Positions 14,951 to 25,799 of a DNA stretch of 28,350 nucleotides are shown piece by piece; the first letter of the stretch is position 1; every line of letters begins with the position of its first letter. Made by a program: the position numbers and the translations under genes. Below the pieces are notes generated by a model. The model worked only from the letters and a program-made list of their open reading frames with translations. It did not search any database and was not told the DNA's origin. This DNA comes from Eledone cirrhosa (Eukaryota): assembly GCA_964016885.1 (NCBI GenBank), contig CAXHJY010001059.1, forward strand, positions 1 through 28,350, given 5' to 3'.

Positions 14951-15249
14951 CAACAGTAACAACAACAGTAACAACAATAACAACAACAGTAACAACAGTA
15001 ACAACAGTAACAACAACAGTAACAACAGTAACAACAACAGTAACAACAGTAACATCAGTAACAACAGTAACAACAACAGTAAGAACAGTAACAACAGTAA
15101 CAACAGTAACAACAACAGTAACAACAGTAACAACAACAGTAACTACAACAGTAACAACAGTAACAACAACAGTAACAACAACAGTAACAACAACAGTAAC
15201 AACAGTAACAACAACAGTAACAACAGTAACAACAACAGTAACAACAGTA

Positions 15250-18200
15250 ACAACAACAGTAACAACAACAGTAACAACAACAGTAACAATAACAGTAACA
15301 ACAACAGTAACAACAACAGTAACAACAACAGTAACAACAACAGTAACAACAGTAACAACAACAGTAACAACAACAGTAACAACAACAGTAACAACTGTAA
15401 CAACAACAGTAACAACAACAGTAACAACAGTAACAACGACAGTAACAACAGTAAGAACAGTAAGAACAGTAACAACAACATTAACAACAGTAACAACAGT
15501 AACAACAACAGTAACAATAGTAACAACAACAGTAACAACAGTAACAACAACAGTAACAACAACAGTAACAACAACAGTAACAACAACAGTAACAACAACA
15601 GTAACAACAGTAACAACAGTAACAACAACAGTAACAACAACAACAGTAACAACAACAGTAACAACAACAGAAACAACAGTAACAACAACAGTAACAACAA
15701 CAGTAACAACAACAGTAACAACAACAGTAACAACAACAGTAACAACAACAGAAACAACAGTAACAACAACAGTAACAATAACAGTAACAACAACAGTAAC
15801 AACAACAGAAACAACAGTAACAACAACAGTAACAACAACAGTAACAACAGTAACAATAACAGTAACAACAACAGTAACAATAGTAACAACAACAGTAACA
15901 ACAGTAACAACAACCGTAACAATAACAGAAACAACAGTAACAACAATAGTAACAACAACAGTAACAACAACAGTAACAACAGTAACAACAACAGTAACAA
16001 CAGTAACAACAACAGTAACAACAGTAACAACAACAGTAACAACAACAGAAACAACAGTAACAACAACAGTAACAACAACAGTAACAACAACAGTAACGAC
16101 AGTAACAACAACAGTAACAACGGTAACAACAGTAACAACAACAGTAACAACTGTAACAACAACAGTAACAACAGTAACAACAACAGTAACAACAACAGTA
16201 ACAACAACAGTAACAACAGTAACAAGAACAGTAACAACAACAGTAACAACAACAGTAACAACAGTAACAACAGTAACAACAACAGTAACAACCGTAACAA
16301 CAGTAACAACAACAGTAACAACAGTAACAACAACAGTAACAACAACAGTAACAACAACAGTAACAACAACAGTAACAACATCAGTAACAACAACAGTAAC
16401 AACAGTAACAACAGTAACAACAACAGTAACAACAACAGTAACAACAACAGAAACAACAGTAACAACAACAGTAACAACAGTAACAACAACAGTAACAACG
16501 GTAACAACAGTAACAACAACAGTAACAACTGTAACAACAACAGTAACAACAGTAACAACAACAGTAGCAACAACAGTAACAACAACAGTAACAACAACAG
16601 TAACAACAGTAACAAGAACAGTAACAACAACAGTAACAACAACAGTAACAACAACAGTAACAACAACAGTAACAACAGTAACAACAGAAGTAACAACAGT
16701 AACAACAACTGTAACAACAACAGTAACAACAACAGTAACAACAGTAACAACAACAGTAACAACAACAGTAACAACAGTAACAACAGCAGTAACAACAGTA
16801 ACAACAAAAGTAACAACAACTGTAACAACAACAGTAACAACAGTAACAACAACAGTAACAACAACAGAAACAACAGTAACAACAACAGTAACAACAACAG
16901 TAACAACAACAGTAACAACAACAGTAACAACAACAGTAACAACAGTAACAACAACAGTAACAACAACAGTAACAACAGTAACAACAACAGTAACAACAAC
17001 AGTAACAACAGTAACAACAACAGTAACAACAGTAACAACAACAGTAACAACAACAGTAACAACAACAGTAACAACAGTAACAACAACAGTAACAACAACA
17101 GTAACAACAGTAACAACAATAGTAACAACAACAGTAACAACAGTAACAACAGTAACAACAACAGTAACAACAGTAACAACTGTAACAACCACAGAAACAA
17201 CAGTAACAACAACAGTAACAACAACAGTAACAACAACAGTAACAAGAGTAACAACAACAGTAACAACAGTAACAACAACAGTAACAACAGTAACAACAAC
17301 AGTAACAAAGAGTAACAACAACAGTAACAACAGTAACAACAACAGTAACAACAGTAACAACAACATTAACAACAGTAATAACAACAGTAACAACAGTAAC
17401 AACAACAGTACCCGCAGTAATACGAACAGTAACAACAGTAACAACAGTAACAATAACTGTAACAACAAATGTAACAACAACAGTAACAACAACAGTAACA
17501 ACAGTAACAACAGTAACAACAACAGTAACAACAGTAACAACAACAGTAACAACAACAGTAACAACAACAGTAACAACAACAGTAACAACATCAGTAACAA
17601 CAACAGTAACAACAGTAACAACAGTACCAACAACAGTAACAACAACAGTAACAACAACAGAAACAACAGTAACAACAACAGTAACAACAACAGTAACAAC
17701 AACAGTAACAACAACAGTAACAACAACAGTAACAACAGTAACAACAACAGTAACAACAACAGTAACAACAACAGTAACAACAACAGTAACAACAACAGTA
17801 ACAACAACAGTAACAACAACAGTAACAACAACAGTAACAACAGTAACAACAGAAGTAACAACAGTAACAACAACAGTAACACCAACTGTAACAACAACAG
17901 TAACAACAACAGTAACAACAACAGTAACAACAACTGTAACAACAACAGTAACAACAGTAACAACAACAGTAACAACAACTGTAACAACAACAGTAACAAC
18001 AACAGTAACAACAGTAACAACAACAGTAACAACAACAGTAACAACAACAGTAACAACAACAGTAACAACAGTAACAACAGCAGTAACAACAGTAACAACA
18101 ACCGTAACAACAACTGTAACAACAACAGTAACAACAGTAACAACAACAGTAACAACAACAGAAACAACAGTAACAACAACAGTAACAACAACAGTAACAA

Positions 18201-19290
18201 CAACAGTAACAACAACAGTAACAACAGTAACAACAACAGTAACAACAACAGTAACAACAGTAACAACAACAGTAACAACAACAGTAACAACAGTAACAAC
18301 AACAGTAACAACAGTAACAACAACAGTAACAACAACAGTAACAACAACAGTAACAACAGTAACAACAACAGTAACAACAACAGTAACAACAGTAACAACA
18401 ATAGTAACAACAACAGTAACAACAGTAACAACAGTAACAACAGTAACAACAACAGTAACAACAGTAACAACTGTAACAACCACAGAAACAACAGTAACAA
18501 CAACAGTAACAACAACAGTAACAAGAGTAACAACAACAGTAACAACAGTAACAACAACAGTAACAACAGTAACAACAACAGTAACAAAGAGTAACAATAA
18601 CAGTAACAACAGTAACAACAACAGAAACAACAACAGTAACGACAGTAACAACAGTAACAACAACAGTAACAACAGTAACAACAGTAACAACAACAGGAAC
18701 AACAACAGTAACAACAACAGTAACAACAACAGTAACAACAGTAACAACAACAGTAACAACAACAGTAACAACAGTAACAACAGTAACAACAGTAACAACA
18801 ACCTTAACAACAGTAACAACAGTAACAACAACAGTAACAACAACAGTAACAACAGTAACAACAACAGTAACTACAGTAATAACAACAGTAACAACAGTAA
18901 CAACAACAGTAACCGCAGTAACACGAACAGTAACAACAGTAACAACAGTAACAATAACTGTAACAACAAATGTAACAACAACAATAACAACAACAGTAAC
19001 AACAGTAACAACAACAGTAGCAACAGTAACACGAACAGTAACAACAGTAACAACAGTAACAACAACTGTAACAACAAATGTAACAACAACAGTAACAACA
19101 GTAACAACAGTAACAACAGTAACAACAGTAACAACAACAGTAACAACAGTAATAACAAGAGTAACAACAGTAACAATAACAGTAGCAACAGTAACACGAA
19201 CAATAACAACAGTAACAACAGTAACAACAGTAACAACACCAGTAACAACAGTAACAACAACAGTAACAACAATAACAACAACAGTAACAA
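15250..19290 (+). repeat. Right-domain ~4.04-kb higher-order repeat, copy A1
   Basis: Markers recur at +4046 (AAT 15288/19334, GAC 15438/19484, CAC 17190/21236, AAAG 17307/21353, ACCCGC 17410/21456), then at +4034 (ACC 17881/21915, AAAG 18586/22620, AGG 18695/22729, CTT 18803/22837, AACCGC 18911/22945). Confidence 0.93.
17244..17313 (+). repeat. Conserved ~70-bp cassette AAG-AGT(AAC)3/2/3/2/3-AGTAACAAAG-AGT (representative of 10 full copies)
   Basis: AAG lies exactly 63 bp before AAAG at 2978/3041, 4730/4793, 10589/10652, 13997/14060, 17244/17307, 18523/18586, 21290/21353, 22557/22620, 25165/25228 and 26168/26231. Altered versions are at 898 and 12251. Confidence 0.9.
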
Positions 19291-22200
19291 CAGTAACAAC
19301 AACAGTAACAACAACAGTAACAACAACAGTAACAATAACAGTAACAACAACAGTAACAACAACAGTAACAACAACAGTAACAACAACAGTAACAACAGTA
19401 ACAACAACAGTAACAACAACAGTAACAACAACAGTAACAACTGTAACAACAACAGTAACAACAACAGTAACAACAGTAACAACGACAGTAACAACAGTAA
19501 GAACAGTAAGAACAGTAACAACAACATTAACAACAGTAACAACAGTAACAACAACAGTAACAATAGTAACAACAACAGTAACAATAGTAACAACAACAGT
19601 AACAACAACAGTAACAACAACAGTAACAACAACAGTAACAACAACAGTAACAACAGTAACAACAGTAACAACAACAGTAACAACAACAACAGTAACAACA
19701 ACAGTAACAACAACAGAAACAACAGTAACAACAACAGTAACAACAACAGTAACAACAACAGTAACAACAACAGTAACAACAACAGTAACAACAACAGAAA
19801 CAACAGTAACAACAACAGTAACAATAACAGTAACAACAACAGTAACAACAACAGAAACAACAGTAACAACAACAGTAACAACAACAGTAACAACAGTAAC
19901 AATAACAGTAACAACAACAGTAACAATAGTAACAACAACAGTAACAACAGTAACAACAACCGTAACAATAACAGAAACAACAGTAACAACAATAGTAACA
20001 ACAACAGTAACAACAACAGTAACAACAGTAACAACAACAGTAACAACAGTAACAACAACAGTAACAACAGTAACAACAACAGTAACAACAACAGAAACAA
20101 CAGTAACAACAACAGTAACAACAACAGTAACAACAACAGTAACGACAGTAACAACAACAGTAACAACGGTAACAACAGTAACAACAACAGTAACAACTGT
20201 AACAACAACAGTAACAACAGTAACAACAACAGTAACAACAACAGTAACAACAACAGTAACAACAGTAACAAGAACAGTAACAACAACAGTAACAACAACA
20301 GTAACAACAGTAACAACAGTAACAACAACAGTAACAACCGTAACAACAGTAACAACAACAGTAACAACAGTAACAACAACAGTAACAACAACAGTAACAA
20401 CAACAGTAACAACAACAGTAACAACATCAGTAACAACAACAGTAACAACAGTAACAACAGTAACAACAACAGTAACAACAACAGTAACAACAACAGAAAC
20501 AACAGTAACAACAACAGTAACAACAGTAACAACAACAGTAACAACGGTAACAACAGTAACAACAACAGTAACAACTGTAACAACAACAGTAACAACAGTA
20601 ACAACAACAGTAGCAACAACAGTAACAACAACAGTAACAACAACAGTAACAACAGTAACAAGAACAGTAACAACAACAGTAACAACAACAGTAACAACAA
20701 CAGTAACAACAACAGTAACAACAGTAACAACAGAAGTAACAACAGTAACAACAACTGTAACAACAACAGTAACAACAACAGTAACAACAGTAACAACAAC
20801 AGTAACAACAACAGTAACAACAGTAACAACAGCAGTAACAACAGTAACAACAAAAGTAACAACAACTGTAACAACAACAGTAACAACAGTAACAACAACA
20901 GTAACAACAACAGAAACAACAGTAACAACAACAGTAACAACAACAGTAACAACAACAGTAACAACAACAGTAACAACAACAGTAACAACAGTAACAACAA
21001 CAGTAACAACAACAGTAACAACAGTAACAACAACAGTAACAACAACAGTAACAACAGTAACAACAACAGTAACAACAGTAACAACAACAGTAACAACAAC
21101 AGTAACAACAACAGTAACAACAGTAACAACAACAGTAACAACAACAGTAACAACAGTAACAACAATAGTAACAACAACAGTAACAACAGTAACAACAGTA
21201 ACAACAACAGTAACAACAGTAACAACTGTAACAACCACAGAAACAACAGTAACAACAACAGTAACAACAACAGTAACAACAACAGTAACAAGAGTAACAA
21301 CAACAGTAACAACAGTAACAACAACAGTAACAACAGTAACAACAACAGTAACAAAGAGTAACAACAACAGTAACAACAGTAACAACAACAGTAACAACAG
21401 TAACAACAACATTAACAACAGTAATAACAACAGTAACAACAGTAACAACAACAGTACCCGCAGTAATACGAACAGTAACAACAGTAACAACAGTAACAAT
21501 AACTGTAACAACAAATGTAACAACAACAGTAACAACAACAGTAACAACAGTAACAACAGTAACAACAACAGTAACAACAGTAACAACAACAGTAACAACA
21601 ACAGTAACAACAACAGTAACAACAACAGTAACAACATCAGTAACAACAACAGTAACAACAGTAACAACAGTACCAACAACAGTAACAACAACAGTAACAA
21701 CAACAGAAACAACAGTAACAACAACAGTAACAACAACAGTAACAACAACAGTAACAACAACAGTAACAACAACAGTAACAACAGTAACAACAACAGTAAC
21801 AACAACAGTAACAACAACAGTAACAACAACAGTAACAACAACAGTAACAACAACAGTAACAACAACAGTAACAACAGTAACAACAGAAGTAACAACAGTA
21901 ACAACAACAGTAACACCAACTGTAACAACAACAGTAACAACAACAGTAACAACAACAGTAACAACAACTGTAACAACAACAGTAACAACAGTAACAACAA
22001 CAGTAACAACAACTGTAACAACAACAGTAACAACAACAGTAACAACAGTAACAACAACAGTAACAACAACAGTAACAACAACAGTAACAACAACAGTAAC
22101 AACAGTAACAACAGCAGTAACAACAGTAACAACAACCGTAACAACAACTGTAACAACAACAGTAACAACAGTAACAACAACAGTAACAACAACAGAAACA

Positions 22201-23330
22201 ACAGTAACAACAACAGTAACAACAACAGTAACAACAACAGTAACAACAACAGTAACAACAGTAACAACAACAGTAACAACAACAGTAACAACAGTAACAA
22301 CAACAGTAACAACAACAGTAACAACAGTAACAACAACAGTAACAACAGTAACAACAACAGTAACAACAACAGTAACAACAACAGTAACAACAGTAACAAC
22401 AACAGTAACAACAACAGTAACAACAGTAACAACAATAGTAACAACAACAGTAACAACAGTAACAACAGTAACAACAGTAACAACAACAGTAACAACAGTA
22501 ACAACTGTAACAACCACAGAAACAACAGTAACAACAACAGTAACAACAACAGTAACAAGAGTAACAACAACAGTAACAACAGTAACAACAACAGTAACAA
22601 CAGTAACAACAACAGTAACAAAGAGTAACAATAACAGTAACAACAGTAACAACAACAGAAACAACAACAGTAACGACAGTAACAACAGTAACAACAACAG
22701 TAACAACAGTAACAACAGTAACAACAACAGGAACAACAACAGTAACAACAACAGTAACAACAACAGTAACAACAGTAACAACAACAGTAACAACAACAGT
22801 AACAACAGTAACAACAGTAACAACAGTAACAACAACCTTAACAACAGTAACAACAGTAACAACAACAGTAACAACAACAGTAACAACAGTAACAACAACA
22901 GTAACTACAGTAATAACAACAGTAACAACAGTAACAACAACAGTAACCGCAGTAACACGAACAGTAACAACAGTAACAACAGTAACAATAACTGTAACAA
23001 CAAATGTAACAACAACAATAACAACAACAGTAACAACAGTAACAACAACAGTAGCAACAGTAACACGAACAGTAACAACAGTAACAACAGTAACAACAAC
23101 TGTAACAACAAATGTAACAACAACAGTAACAACAGTAACAACAGTAACAACAGTAACAACAGTAACAACAACAGTAACAACAGTAATAACAAGAGTAACA
23201 ACAGTAACAATAACAGTAGCAACAGTAACACGAACAATAACAACAGTAACAACAGTAACAACAGTAACAACACCAGTAACAACAGTAACAACAACAGTAA
23301 CAACAATAACAACAACAGTAACAACAGTAA
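19291..23330 (+). repeat. Right-domain ~4.04-kb higher-order repeat, copy A2
   Basis: Adjacent near-identical copy of 15250-19290. The offset drop from 4046 to 4034 equals loss of one 12-bp monomer. Confidence 0.93.
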
Positions 23331-24750
23331 CAACAGTAACAACAACAGTAACAACAGTAACAACAACAGTAACAACAGTAACATCAGTAACAACAGTAAC
23401 AACAACAGTAACAACAGTAACAACAGTAACAACAACAGTAACAAAAGTAACAACAACAGTAACTACAACAGTAACAACAGTAACAACAACAGTAACAACA
23501 ACAGTAACAACAACAGTAACAACAACAGTAACAACAACAGTAACAACAGTAACAACAACAGTAACAACAGTAACAACAACAGTAACAACAACAGTAACAA
23601 TAACAGTAACAACAACAGTAACAACAACAGTAACAACAACAGTAACAACAACAGTAACAACAGTAACAACAACAGTAACAACAACAGTAACAACAACAGT
23701 AACAACTGTAACAACAACAGTAACAACAACAGTACCAACAACAGTAACAACAGTAACAACAACAGTAACAACAGTAAGAACAGTAAGAACAGTAACGACA
23801 ACATTAACAACAGTAAGAACAGTAAGAACAGTAACGACAACATTAACAACATTAACAACAGTAACAACAACAGTAACAATAGTAACAACAACAGTAACAA
23901 TAGTAACAACAACAGTAACAACAACAGTAACAACAACAGTAACAACAACAGTAACAACAACAGTAACAACAACAGTAACAACAGTAACAACAACAGTAAC
24001 AACAACAACAGTAACAACAACAGTAGCAACAACAGAAACAACAGTAACAACAACAGTAACAACAACAGTAACAACAACAGTAACAACAACAGTAACAACA
24101 ACAGAAACAACAGTAACAACAACAGTAACAACAACAGTAACAACAACAGTAACAACAACAGAAACAACAGTAACAACAACAGTAACAACAACAGTAACAA
24201 CAGTAACAATAACAGTAACAACAACAGTAACAATAGTAACAACAACAGTAACAACAGTAACAACAACCGTAACAATAACAGAAACAACAGTAACAACAAC
24301 AGTAACAACAACAGTAACAGCAACAGTAACAACAGTAACAACAACAGTAACAACAGTAACAACAACAGTAACAACAGTAACAACAACAGTAACAACAACA
24401 GAAACAACAGTAACAACAACAGTAACAACAACAGTAACAACAACAGTAACAACAACAGTAACAACAGTAACAACAACAGTAACAACGGTAACAACAGTAA
24501 CAACAACAGTAACAACTGTAACAACAACAGTAACAACAGTAACAACAACAGTAGCAACAACAGTAACAACAACAGTAACAACAACAGTAACAACAGTAAC
24601 AAGAACAGTAACAACAACAGTAACAACAACAGTAACAACAACAGTAACAACAACAGTAACAACAGTAACAACAGAAGTAACAACAGTAACAACAACAGTA
24701 ACACCAACTGTAACAACAACAGTAACAACAACAGTAACAACAACAGTAAC
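22190..24750 (+). repeat. Right-domain ~3.6-kb-period higher-order repeat, copy B1 (part matched within the window)
   Basis: Markers recur at +3611 (CAC 22515/26126, AAAG 22620/26231, AGG 22729/26340, CTT 22837/26448, AACTAC 23461/27072, GTACC 23732/27343), then at +3599 (ACC 24703/28302). Confidence 0.92.
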
Positions 24751-25799
24751 AACAACTGTAACAACACCAGTAACAACAGTAACAACAACAGTAACAACAA
24801 CTGTAACAACAACAGTAACAACAACAGTAACAACAGTAACAACAACAGTAACAACAACAGTAACAACAGCAGTAACAACAGTAACAACAACAGTAACAAC
24901 AACTGTAATAACAACAGTAACAACAGTAACAACAACAGTAACAACAACAGAAACAACAGTAACAACAACAGTAAGAACAACAGTAACAACAACAGTAACA
25001 ACAACAGTAACAACAGTAACAACAACAGTAACAACAACAGTAACAACAGTAACAACAACAGTAACAACAACAGTAACAACAGTAACAACAACAGTAACAA
25101 CAGTAACAACAACAGTAACAACCACAGAAACAACAGTAACAACAACAGTAACAACAACAGTAACAAGAGTAACAACAACAGTAACAACAGTAACAACAAC
25201 AGTAACAACAGTAACAACAACAGTAACAAAGAGTAACAACAACAGTAACAACAGTAACAACAACAGTAACAACAGTAACAACAACAGTAACAACAGTAAT
25301 AACAACAGTAACAACAGTAACAACAACAGTACCCGCAGTAACACGAACAGTAACAACAGTAACAACAGTAACAATAACTGTAACAACAAATGTAACAACA
25401 ACAATAACAACAACAGTAACAACAGTAACAACAACAGTAGCAACAGTAACACGAACAGTAACAACAGTAACAACAGTAACAACAACTGTAACAACAAATG
25501 TAACAACAACAGTAACAACAGTAACAACAGTAACAACAGTAACAACAGTAACAACAACAGTAACAACAGTAATAACAAGAGTAACAACAGTAACAATAAC
25601 AGTAGCAACAGTAACACGAACAATAACAACAGTAACAACAGTAACAACAGTAACAACACCAGTAACAACAGTAACAACAACAGTAACAACAATAACAACA
25701 ACAGTAACAACAGTAACAACAGTAACAACAACAGTAACAACAGTAACAACAACAGTAACAACAGTAACATCAGTAACAACAGTAACAACAACAGTAACA

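Noticed and set aside
332-15136. 4934-aa minus-strand ORF and all other minus-strand poly-Leu, Val/Thr and Cys/Tyr ORFs
   Set aside because: The reverse complement of the consensus has no stop in any frame, so long ORFs are automatic. Starts and stops are repeat triplets or chance variants, and the products have no domain.
2019-17315. Annotating the 5098-aa + strand ORF as a CDS (mucin/adhesin or Asn-rich protein)
   Set aside because: The start is a variant GTG within the repeat, there is no unique coding sequence, and codon use is nearly invariant. It is kept only as a hypothesis in the findings.
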